DNA from: Nemertoderma westbladi
Lineage: Eukaryota > Animalia > Xenacoelomorpha
Direction of reading: 5' to 3'
NCBI GenBank assembly: GCA_032718475.1
Contig: JAUCBJ010001188.1
Coordinates: forward strand, 1-64,000
DNA length: 64,000 bases
Made by a program: the position numbers and the translations under genes
Notes under the pieces: model-generated
The model's database searches: none
What the model saw: only the letters and a program-made list of their open reading frames with translations
What the model was told of the DNA's origin: nothing
In this document: one piece after another, positions 10,062 through 21,166 of the stretch
Layout: every line of letters begins with the position of its first letter
Numbering within the stretch: the stretch's first letter is position 1

Positions 10062-12720
10062 AGTCTAAATAATGTTTGCCTTCCGGCAAAATATCTCGCA
10101 AAAGTTCGAGATATAATTATAATTTAACCGAAATACGGTCAAATTAATTGTCAAATAATCAGTTGGTCCAAATGTCAAATAAATTCGCAATGCAATATTG
10201 TGAATTTAATGGGGTATAGTTATAGCAAATACTAGCACAATATTTAAACAAAAATATTATTATATAGCTACTATAGCATTAAATACCGGTATAGCACAAA
10301 TAACTTTGAATCTAATACAAAATATTCAAAATAAACTTGCCACCCGAATATTTCTAATTTTATATAGCTCTAATCAACGTAATTTTAATTTCAAATATTA
10401 TATGTATCCACTAGCGCGTGGCTACATCTTCGGGTTGCGACTCTCTCTAACTCTCTCTCTAACTTGAGCGATTCAAAAACCATGGCCGGCTAAACCTAAA
10501 TATCCTAACTAATAAATTGAGTTCAGCTTCGCAGTTAAACAACCGATAATTTTTTACTGCTTCCACAAACACACTGGCGCCAACAGAACAACTAACCTTG
10601 TTTGCTGTGAGATTCCACGTCCGCGTCCAAAGATTCAGGCCCTTCGCTGATTGCAAACCGAACCCGCAGACCCACACGAACCCCAAACTCAGAAGTTCCG
10701 TCTTGCCATGTATCTCCAGATGGTATAAAATAACTAAGCGGTTACCTAACATACCGGTACAAAACTCTAGAATTTTACAAAATAATTTTGACCGAAACTG
10801 AATTCTCGCAAACCTAGCTAATAATTTTCAAAAAACTTACTAATTACAGTTTGCCCTAAGGCCTAAGGAACTGCTGTATTCGCAATTAGTAAAAACGCAC
10901 TACCGTACATCCACTGTATGCAGTACAGTAAGTAAAACAGTACACCAACCTAACAGCCTAATGATACTGTGTGTGGTACGGCAAAACAAATGTCCTTCTA
11001 CCGTACGCAGTAACAGCAATCAGCCTAATGTACTACTGTACTATCGTACGCAACCAGTGAATACAGTAATCTAAACTAGCCTAAAAATACACTCTCTGTC
11101 CTACTATACGCAGTACAGTGCCTAATACAGTAATCTAATTTGTATTTACTGTACGCAGTACAGCAAGCAAATCACGTGCTTTACTGTTAAACAAACTACC
11201 CCGGCCTAACCAATAAAGACACAAAACTGCAAACTGCTCTATTTATTAGACAGGGCAATCAGGAGCGTATTATTGCTAATGTGAGGGGCTGCTAAATACA
11301 AAACCGCTACTTACCGTTAGATGGCGCTAACCTGCCGTCCGCTAATATGTTTTACTAATTTTCTACCAGTCTACGGCTCCTGCTAATTTCTTGTTCCTTT
11401 CTCTACCAATTACTCGATAGAGAGCTAACTGTTCGAATATATGAGCCACGCGGGAATAACCAAAACAACAAACCCGAATCGGCTCCCTAAGCTGACTTAA
11501 AACGAGTGTGAGAGGTTTTACACTCAGAGTATATTCTTACGCCTAATCTTACTGTTAAAGTACGCCAATGCCTACGTCTTTTCTAATCGCGAATACTGGG
11601 GGTTCCCTAACGGAATGTGTGAATGCGAGAATATTTAAAATAATCAAAGTGGTACAGTGTTTATTAGGGCTAATACCTATAGTGGGACTAAACTTGTCTG
11701 CGGCTGGCTTTAGGCCAGCAAATTACTAATGCGTTTTGCGTACTGAATACTGCTATCTAGCTTATTGCCCGCTAATTCAAATAACCGCTCAGCGTGAATA
11801 GTTTACGGTACTCTAATTATTACCTTAGCTACTCTCCGCTATGCTGCGTACTAATTCTTAATTTTACTAATTAATTACAGTCACAAATATGTAACAGCCT
11901 AAAATACTGTATTACTTTGACCTAATCAGTAATTATTTACAGTAAACTAAGAGATAGAAATCAATCAAAGGGAAAAGAGCGCCTATCTAAGCATTCGTAA
12001 TCTTAGGCACACTTTAGTAACACACCAATCAGCGTCAGCAATCACATCTCGCAATGCGCGATTCACAATTGTACAATCCGCAATGCACGCAATTAGCAAT
12101 TACACAGCACAATATAATAATTCGCAATACATGCAATTCGCAATTGTAAAGCACGCAGACCTCTCCCGGGTACATCTAGGCTTCCTAACTAACCCAATTC
12201 CTGCCCCCCTAATACTAAATAGAGACAAAACCTGGATCATCAGCCCCCTAATTACTGTACCAGCGAGCTGCCCCCACGCTACAATGCAAATTGCCCGACC
12301 GCAACGGTGACCCCCCGCCAGCGTTGCTCGCCTTTGAATCCTCCGCTCCCTCCTAGTCGCTCAACCCCCCGATGCGCCCACCGCCCACTGGCGCCTTAGC
12401 CCTCCATGATGCTAATAGCTACCGTAGCGGCGCATGCAAATCACAAAGTCCGACAGTCTCAGGAATCCCTTGGGATTATTGCGCAGAAAAGAATCACATA
12501 GAACCATCAATCAAAGGGTAGAAATCATAGTTCAATTGTAATTAGCAGTAATCGAAGGAATTATTGAGAAACACAAGCAAGTAATCGCACTAGCAAATCA
12601 TTTCAAGAAATTAATCAAATTAGCAAATTGCAGAAAATACGAGTATCAAGAAAACAGTAAGACAGGTGCTAGGGCTAGGTGTCATGTGATAAGAGTGAGG
12701 CTCTACCGGCACACCGCCAA

Positions 12721-12830
12721 TTTATAGGTGATCCGGATGGGGTGATGCAATAGGGTGACTCAATCGCTTTCTTATTGGCTCTCCAGTCCGTGCTAGCACT
12801 AGACCAACCTGGAAGCAGCTAGTCCAATAA
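12721..12830 (-). promoter_or_regulatory. Putative BEL-1 LTR promoter (CCAAT boxes and TATA)
   Basis: Minus-strand TATAAA at 12721-12726, CCAAT at 12774-12778 and an opposite-orientation CCAAT near 12824. Confidence 0.45.
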
Positions 12831-14003
12831 GGAGGCCGGATTGTAGCCCTATTTGCTCCCTTTCCTCGAATTATTACCATATATGGTAATGGTTCACGTC
12901 TCTGGCTGCTGAATGGCCAGGACAGCGTCCCTATATGCTAGCCCTACTAAAGCTAATATCAGCAAGCACGGAATCCAGGGTCCGAATAAACTTACCCTGG
13001 AACTATCTACATATAACCTAATACAAAATTACGTAGGTAGGGCTACATACTATACAAAATGAATGGATGCAAAATATATGGGCGTTTTGATTTCCCTACC
13101 TAAATACCACTGCGTTATTATGCCTTATCTAAAATATTATGCTGCACAACGGACTAATATTACGTACAGTATAACGGACTAATATTGCATACTGCATAAC
13201 GGACTAATACTGTGGATACAGCGCCATATACCGTAACAGACACCTTCAAAATTAAAGAGTAGTGATTAGTTGACTATATAGTTTTTATACAAAATGTGTG
13301 GAATGGGTCAACTGAATATCAAGTATTAATTGGTGGATATAGTCTTGACATTTATTTTAAAGGTGTCTACACCCACTACATCGATCATTTCTGTGATGTG
13401 TCTATTCTTGGTTCCTTGAGATAATTCAAAATAAAATTTTTTGAGGATTTGTCCATATCGCATCAAGGCGGCAATGAAGACTTGTGCCGGACTTCACATT
13501 TTCTGCGCTATCTCAAGAACTATTCGCTGTACGTTTGTTTTGAAGTTGTCTACCCCCACTAAATCGGACATTGCGGTTCTAATGAGCATAATATTAAAGC
13601 AGTAGGAGATCTAAAAGTTGGCCATCGCGAAAATTGAGAATAATCGTCACTTGCGCCAAAGGGTAGGTTCTGGCCATCTGCCTGTGGCACTAGTTCCCTT
13701 GATCCAAAATTAAAATTTTGGTATCAAACTGGATTTGGAGTCAAACTGCATTTGAACCCATTTGATGACATTTGATGCATGCAGGAAGTTCTTTCTTGGG
13801 TCATTGATCTTTCATTAATGTGTTATATTGTTATAAATTTAATTGTGGTGCATCGCGAAGGCTCAAAATTTCAACCCCCTTGGGATCCGTCAAGATATCG
13901 ATGAAATTTCGAGAAATTTTTTTTGCCTTAATTTTTTACCATTTGGCAACTTTTTCGCACCTGTAGAACAACGAAATCGAAAAAAAGTAAAAAACGCACC
14001 GCC

Positions 14004-14192
14004 CTAATCACCAATGGAAATATCTGGGAGTACAGACTCAGACACTTTTACTTCTATAAAGTTATCAGGCAATACCCTGTCATTATTGAGGAGCTTTTCA
14101 ACGTGGGCCTTCCAACCATTGAGGCGATCGGCTGGTGATTCAGCCTTAACCTTGGCTGGCTTGGTTGGTTGGCTTTTCCGACCAGTAAGCAA
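14004..14192 (-). pseudogene. Short non-LTR (RTE-like) ORF2 fragment
   Basis: ADRLNGWKAHVEKLLN resembles the W..HF..LLN linker that precedes LINE RT domains. Confidence 0.4.
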
Positions 14193-14230
14193 GTTGATCA
14201 GCCCAAACTACTTCCAGCCGGCAATAACTA

Positions 14231-15164
14231 TGCCCCATCTGCAACACACCCTTTCGCCACAAATGGCTGGCTCACTGTAAGTCTTGCCTTGTCAAATTCC
14301 ACGGTGCTTGTGCCGGGCTAACGTAAAAGAACTTCGAGCTAGACCCCAACATGTCTGAGAACTGGCTCTGCAAGACATGTCGTCATGTCCCCACATCACC
14401 CACCCCCATACCCTTTGGTACAGAGCCAACAGAACCTCCTCAACTCTGTCTAGATGATGCCTTCCGACAGGTATTCCATGTCCTTTCTCTCAAGAAGACC
14501 CTTCCACGTATCCCCCAAGGTGCCCGATCAAAAGCATCATCCATTTACGCAAATCTATGTGAATCAGTGGTCCGGGAGAATACCCCACGAACATGGCTTA
14601 ATCTTCTGGCTTTCCCCTACAGCCTCAGGATCCCACAATCAACATACAAGAAGCGTAGATCCACTAAACCATCAAACCAACAATCCCTAACAACCAAGGT
14701 CAAAATCCATCGACCCGAGCCATCCAGTGTTGCCGGAACACAGGAAACCCGACCAACGGCCATCTACCAACTCGCCCAAATCCGTTGATGAAAAACTCGG
14801 TAAGCTCATCTCGATGAAGATAGAAGAAGGGAATGTTGGCGCTGCTGCCAGACTAGCTTCTTCCTCGGCAACCATAGCTCCCCACAACTCTGAAACGCTA
14901 CACTCTCTCCAGAAACTCCACCCATCCCGTCCGCTTGACGACTTCGAGGGATTACCAACCATTGAGGAGGCAGATGCGCCTCTACTCGACCTATCTCAAC
15001 CCGAAGTAGTCAAATCCATATTTTCGTTTCCAAATGGATCAGCATCAGGGCCCGACAAGCTCCTCCCTCAAGTTCTAAAAGACCTTTGCTCATCCTCGGC
15101 AGGTGAAGCCGGCATGTGCTGTAGGAAAGCAGTAACCTCCATCGCCAACGCAAATAACAGATGA
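14231..15164 (+). pseudogene. Degenerate CRE-clade (RLE-type) non-LTR retrotransposon fragment with N-terminal PHD finger
   Basis: CPIC..CKSC..FHGAC..(stop)..WLCKTC PHD pattern, EEGNVGAAARL, and SFPNGSASGPDKLLPQVLKDL (RT domain 0 typical of CRE-like elements). Contains a stop and a frameshift and is truncated. Confidence 0.65.
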
Positions 15165-15300
15165 ATACTATCCAAAATAAAACTGTTACCTGTTATATTG
15201 TGTTTAGTTTATTGTTTTTTGTTAAAATAACGTGCCATTGTAACCTGCTCCTTTCCCTAAATTGAGAATTTAACATTGAGGCGGGATATCCGGTAATATG

Positions 15301-15925
15301 AGTAGTATAAGAAGCTATGACATCCGGCCAAGGTCACCCATAGCCCAGTATTACCGTCCATTTCTAGTACTGCATCCAATCAGAAGCCACCATTTCAACC
15401 TTTACCAATGGTCGTTATTATTTCAACCAATCAGATGCCAGCATTTCATTCGTAACCATGGTAACTTCTCAAGTTCCCGCTTATTCCGCTAGAGGCGTTA
15501 TTAGTCACCCAACGCTAGTACTGCATCCAATCACCAACCTTTATTTTACAGGTGTTCGGGTGTCTACACTTAGCATCAGGTAACGTCTACTATTTTTCAA
15601 ATCGCTTTTTTTCAGCAACCAGTATTTTCATATTCACCAACCTTTATTTTACAGGCGCTACGAGTGTCTACAGGTAACGTCTACTATTTTTCATTTTCGC
15701 TATTTTTCACCAACCAGTATTTTCATATTCACCAACCTTTATTTTACAGATGCTAGAGGTGTCTACAGGTAACTTATACTATTTTTAATTTTGCAATTTT
15801 TCAGATAACAAAATATTCATCCGGGTTCGAACTCGGGACTGTTATAACTCCTCACAACTTACCACTCACTCTTCCACCCAACCTCGAGAGAAAAATGCGA
15901 TAAATATCTGAGTTATACTGTAGCC
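15301..15925 (+). repeat. Polinton left TIR with internal ~90-bp tandem subrepeats
   Basis: Reverse complement of 46832-47567; repeated ccaacctttattttacag units; several CCAAT boxes. Confidence 0.95.
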
Positions 15926-16130
15926 TGACCTATTTTGCTTCATTTACTGTTATTATTTACTTTCTATTGGTCACATGTGACACGTGTTCTTAGTTGATTG
16001 GTTGTATATATATAAAATGATCTATATAAATATATGAATAGAATAGAAAAAATATCATTAATATTTATTTATCTGTCTTGTCGCTGTTATTTAATTGTTA
16101 TTACATAAAATAATAATAATAATAATAATA

Positions 16131-16556
16131 ATGTCTTCTGATACACCTACGCCGGTAATAAGACATACATTTAATACTGTAGATAATCTTACATGTATTG
16201 TTATTGGTAACACTATTTATTGTCCTTCACAACCTAATTTTAAAATAGATATTTCTGAACAAGCAAGAAAAGAACTACAATCTATTGATATTTTCGGTGA
16301 GGTAGATTCGACTAATTACCTTTTAGATTACAAAGAAGAAGATGATTTAGATAAATTCACAATTTTATCAATGTCAGATAACTTTATTGTTATTACTCAA
16401 TATAGTGGTAATATAGCGAGCAATAAATGTGAAAAGTTTGAGATCAAATTAGATCGTAAAAATGCTTATGAAATTATGGCTTTGTTTATTGTTATTATTT
16501 CGAAAGAAACCCTTGTAACCACTGATGAAACTGATGACAATGAAGATGATTCTTGA
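16131..16556 (+). CDS. Polinton hypothetical protein with acidic C-terminus
   Basis: ATG after an (AAT)n tract, downstream of CCAAT/TATA-like signals at ~15965-16030; no recognised domain. Confidence 0.6.
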   Translation: MSSDTPTPVIRHTFNTVDNLTCIVIGNTIYCPSQPNFKIDISEQARKELQSIDIFGEVDSTNYLLDYKEEDDLDKFTILSMSDNFIVITQYSGNIASNKCEKFEIKLDRKNAYEIMALFIVIISKETLVTTDETDDNEDDS

Positions 16557-16623
16557 CTCTTTCAGCTATATTATAAATATTTTATCAACATTTTAACGAT
16601 TTTGGTTTGGTTATTTAAGAAAA

Positions 16624-17325
16624 ATGGATATATTAATAAACACAAATTGTAGTATTTGTTATTCTAATTTAAAACATCTTGATTGTTACATATGTGTTAA
16701 TAAACATGGAACTTGCGTGACATGTATTGATCAACATGTTGAAATTAATGATTGTACTAAAATTTGTCCAATTTGTAGAGTACAGACACTTTGCAGAGTA
16801 AACAAGTTATATAATCCATATTATTGGAAAGAGCTGCGGAATTCTATTTACATTTCTGGAAAAAGTAACGAACCTAACGAGTTATTTACAATATCACAGA
16901 ATATTTTTTATCGATATATAGTGAAAAAAGGCGGCTTTATGGTACCTTGGTTGTTTGATGAAGAACATAAAAATATCACAGTAAAATTAAATAAGAATTT
17001 ACGTAGTTTTGATATTTACTTTAAGACATATAAAGATGAATCATCTTCAAGAGGTATAAAACCAAAAAAGTATTATTTGAAACTTGATGAAGGTATTCTT
17101 TGCAATGATTTGTGTATGAGAGTAATTCGCACTTTGACGGAGCATACTCTAAGTCATATTTCCAGTACTAAATGCTACGGACGTGGTATAGAACGTAAAT
17201 GTCAAACTAAGAAGTATAACGAATTTATACGATGTCACCGCTATCTCACTTGGTATGGACATTATTTAAATCGACAACAATGTCTGTTGATTGCAGGTAT
17301 ACGATTACACAATCTTTTCAAATAA
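16624..17325 (+). CDS. RING-finger (C3HC4) protein, putative E3 ligase
   Basis: CSIC-x12-C-x3-H-x2-CVTC-x13-CPICR. Confidence 0.8.
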   Translation: MDILINTNCSICYSNLKHLDCYICVNKHGTCVTCIDQHVEINDCTKICPICRVQTLCRVNKLYNPYYWKELRNSIYISGKSNEPNELFTISQNIFYRYIVKKGGFMVPWLFDEEHKNITVKLNKNLRSFDIYFKTYKDESSSRGIKPKKYYLKLDEGILCNDLCMRVIRTLTEHTLSHISSTKCYGRGIERKCQTKKYNEFIRCHRYLTWYGHYLNRQQCLLIAGIRLHNLFK

Positions 17326-17511
17326 GGTAATAAATAGAACGAAAGATTACCATGATAAATATACTAATACTACAGTTGTACATACTTTTTGTTGTAAAAT
17401 GCTGTTTTTTGTGAATTGTTACATATATACATAGTAATGGTGATGGTTTATTGATATTTATATTATATTATATTATATTGTATTGTTGATATATCTTAAT
17501 AATAATAATAA

Positions 17512-18195
17512 ATGGCTGACTTTAATTCAGGTCCATATAATTTAAACTTTCAAATGGGAACGAGTATGATAATTTCTGGCCCGTCTGGTTCCGGAAAGTC
17601 TACATTTGTCAGTAATTTAATTAAACACAAAAATGGTTGTTTCAATGAACCCCCCTTGCGAGTATTGTATTGTTACGGGAGCAATCCCCCGACTATTCCT
17701 GGTATTACACACCTTTACAAAGGTTTGCCTGAAAATATAGATAGTTTAGTGAATAGTCGAGATTTATTAATTATAGATGATTTATTAACAGAAACTGAGT
17801 CCAGTACAGCTTTAACTGTATTGTTTACTAAGGTAGCTCATCATTCCAATATATTTATTTGTTTTATAACGCAAAACATGTATTACGGTGGGAAGCATAA
17901 CCGCACAAGATCAATTAATAGCCATACCTTAGTATTAATGAAAAATCCGCGAGACAGTTTATCGGTTTTAAATTTCGCGAAGCAGATGTTACCAGGGCAG
18001 ACCAAATTTTTAGTAGATTCCTATCAAGATGCGACTATTGAACCATTTTCACATTTCTTAATTGATTTACGACAGGAAACACCCGAACATTTAAGATTTA
18101 GATCGGATATATTTCATAATCATAATTGTTACATTAAAAATTACATTGACTATAAACGTAGCGAAAATAATAATAATAATAATAATAATAATTAA
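17512..18195 (+). CDS. Polinton DNA-packaging ATPase (FtsK/A32-like)
   Basis: Walker A GPSGSGKS, Walker B LLIIDD, FTKVAHHSNI, ITQN, KNPRD. Confidence 0.95.
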   Translation: MADFNSGPYNLNFQMGTSMIISGPSGSGKSTFVSNLIKHKNGCFNEPPLRVLYCYGSNPPTIPGITHLYKGLPENIDSLVNSRDLLIIDDLLTETESSTALTVLFTKVAHHSNIFICFITQNMYYGGKHNRTRSINSHTLVLMKNPRDSLSVLNFAKQMLPGQTKFLVDSYQDATIEPFSHFLIDLRQETPEHLRFRSDIFHNHNCYIKNYIDYKRSENNNNNNNNN

Positions 18196-18340
18196 TATTT
18201 TGTAACAATTTTCAATAATGTTGCAACAATGAATAGACTTGTGCAGAAATATCGTAACGAACTGGAATTTCTACACAGCGCTACCCCTCAACAAAGAACT
18301 TATTTTATTAACCATACCGCGAGTAACGAATTAATACGGC

Positions 18341-20263
18341 TATAGAATTATATTCCCTAAATGCCGTGGATTTTCAAAATTTTATTTTATTCGAATTAAC
18401 TTTGTAAAGATTGCTTTGAGTTCTCATTAGTATTGGTTCTATCTATTATGCATCTATCGGTCAAGTGGTTCAGTAGCTCAGTTGGTAGAGCGTTGGAAAT
18501 TATAAGTGTAGTAGGTATCGAGTTCGAATCCTAGTAAGTGCGAATTATTTTTTGTGCAGAATTTCAACTCATTTAAATTAACCGCTACAAATTAATTGCA
18601 TTTGTCTGTACCAATAAGGCTGTAGTTATTTGATTGTAACCAATGTCGTGCAAGTTATATATTAGCTGGACCAATAAGCTATCTTTAAAACCTCGTTAGA
18701 ACCCATAGAACAATCGAGAATTTTCTCGATTGATTGCAGCACAAATTTAGTATATAAAGGTGCGATTTGTTCATTAGTTATCTATCTCAATCTATCACTG
18801 CAATTTCCATCATTCGCTTTCTGTCTTATTTCAGATTACATTGTTTATTGTATAATAGTTATTATATGTTTTGTAATAAAGTCAGAAATACTAGTCACAT
18901 CTCAGCCTTTCTATCTGTTTTAATATGGTTTCACTACGGTGAACAAACTCAGGGACAGGATGGCCAGCTAGAGATCGGGCCGCAGCAATGAACGGGAACA
19001 TCACGGGAATGTAGACGAGAGACAACCCGCAATACCATTTAGAGTTATTCGCCCATCGCCTGAAAGGTTAGACAGCGTTCGATCCTTGCTACCTAAGTGT
19101 AAGACCAAAAGATCAAAGGTAGACGTAGTGACACGCTGTAAGCCCAAAATTACATCATAGGGACTGTACTGTCTTGATTCAGGAAAAACCGCAGTAGACC
19201 TTCATATTCCTACGGGGGGAGAGGGAGAGAGAGCAGATACTAGTACGCAGATAGGACGTAGGCACACCGGTACAAGGCATACACATTGGTTAGGGTGCAG
19301 CAAACTGTACGCTTAACTCTTGCTAAGTACAGGTGTGTGTGCGACTATTTGCAGTACGACCGTGTCTATTACATCAGAACTTGTAGGCTAGGGGGTTGCT
19401 GTGTTTTCACCTGAATTGGGATTGTACCGTTCAGGCGGTAGGGCAGTTTACGCTAGGCGCAAATAAATTGAGGCTATCAGGGATATACTAACATCTACCG
19501 TGTCCCCGCCAACGCCCTAATAGGAAGTTACCCGGACTACCTGGGTGACTAAAATTCTAGATAGGAGCCAGGATAGCTATTAGTACCCGTACGCCTACCG
19601 TAGTAAACTAACACATCTCTTCTTAGTATCAGGGACCTGGTACCTAAAATTGCCGAATTCTGGGCGTAGTATTAACCTTATGCCTGAATTTGAGTCCTGG
19701 AAATACGCAAGAGGGGAAGGAACCTTATCATTCGTGAGTATTGGACCTACAAGTTATAAAATTAGAATATTCGTAAATGCACACCGTACCCAGTAATTAT
19801 ATATGTGAAGGAGCAAAACTGCTTTGACCGTTCAGAATTAACACACGCGCGTTAGAAATTATTTACACCTCGAAATATATAAAATTAACTTTCGTCCTTA
19901 CTGCACTTTGCTCGCTAGTTAGACATCTCCAAATCTGCTCTATACCTAGCTAGCGTCCCTTTGCCCAACCATATAAATCACACCGCGGCAAAGTATACGA
20001 GCCTCTTAGTCCGTCAGTGAGTCAGCCTGATTTTAGGATTCGCTGCGCGGGATTTTGTTTTATCGAAGTTTGTCTGCTCGTAGACTGTTTTCTGCCTCAC
20101 CGGTTAAAAGAGATCGATACTGCAATATATTCGCTTACTTGGGGTTTACTGTTTTGGTGAGAAGGTCGGATTTATGATTTGATTTACAAACTTTACAGTA
20201 GGATATTGCAGGTATTGTTACCGTCTCTTCCGATAGTAGGAATAGGCGTATCTCTCCAATTTA
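18341..20263 (+). repeat. BEL-2 5' LTR (1923 bp, TATAG...ATTTA)
   Basis: Direct repeat of 31044-32962 with few differences; three CCAAT boxes (18611-18675), TATATAAA at 18751 and AATAAA at ~18875. Confidence 0.95.
18467..18553 (+). ncRNA. tRNA-like Pol III cassette in the 5' LTR (not a functional tRNA)
   Basis: A box TAGCTCAGTTGG, intact D-arm GCTC/GAGC, B box GTTCGAATCC, T6 terminator; acceptor and anticodon stems pair poorly. Confidence 0.6.
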
Positions 20264-21166
20264 GTAGGAATATGTTATTTCTATTTCCTTTTGTGGAATG
20301 TTTTTCATATTTCCTAATTTAGTAGGAATATGATTATTTAACATATTTCCTAATTTAGTAGGAATATGTTTTACTGAACTACGGTTCGGTAGGACTAAAG
20401 TTATTTGAAAATTTTGTATTTTGAGGTAAAAATTTATATTTGATTAGCTAAGTGCTAATATTTTGAAATAAAATTTGATTTGAACCGCGTGTAAAATTTT
20501 TTGGAATTGAATACCGGTGTTTAAAAGGGTTTAAATACCATATTGTACCGGTACAAAATTTTCGTAAAGTAAAACCTAACTCTTTTGTTTTTCAGGATTC
20601 AGAACTCATTTCTAGACTGTAACGGGAGCAAGACCGTGTTTAGCAAGTTTGGGAGATAGATAACTCAACAACTTTGGTTGGGAAAATCGCGTTTCGTCCG
20701 CAACGTTAAAAACGGAAAGGTTCACGTTCGGTTTGTATCTGGGAATCTGTTTTTCTGGAGAATTATTGGAGTGGGTGAGTTCGAAAAGTTGCATAAATAA
20801 GTTAGGCATTACCGTATTTAGTTAAAATTATTGTGGGTTCCACTGTCTCAAGTATTTATGCATTCCGTACGATTTCTTTGTTCATTGCTGAATTAGTCCG
20901 TATTATTGTATTTAATTTACCTTTTGATAACGCATATCGTTATCCGATTTATTTGTTGTAAAATTGGCCGCTAGGCTAATTTTATTATATACTTATTCCG
21001 TGACATTTATTTGCTGTAAAATTGGCCGTTTAGGCTAATTTTATCCATCTGCTATAAAATCAGCCGGTAGGCTAATTTTATAAGACTGTAATTAGTACCG
21101 TTTAGATATAAATACGGTAAAACTCGATACTTTGACACTCACTTTACTTGACTTACAACTACCGAA

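Larger units (their letters stand above)
1..13238 (-). mobile_element. BEL/Pao LTR retrotransposon (BEL-1); 3' end runs off the window
   Basis: Gag-PR-RT-RH-IN polyprotein in BEL/Pao order. The putative 5' LTR starts TGTTACGG at 13238 on the minus strand. The LTR 3' boundary cannot be fixed because the partner LTR is not in the window. Confidence 0.9.

Noticed and set aside
13240-14006. DNA-transposon/MITE ends (TAGGGC-type terminus at 14006)
   Set aside because: No partner TIR or TSD was found in the window, so no family call is supportable
18467-18553. Functional tRNA gene
   Set aside because: The anticodon, T and acceptor stems do not pair properly
18341-20263. Hammerhead or other known ribozyme in the long LTR
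   Set aside because: No CUGAUGA/GAAA core found by eye; an Rfam scan would be needed to exclude other classes
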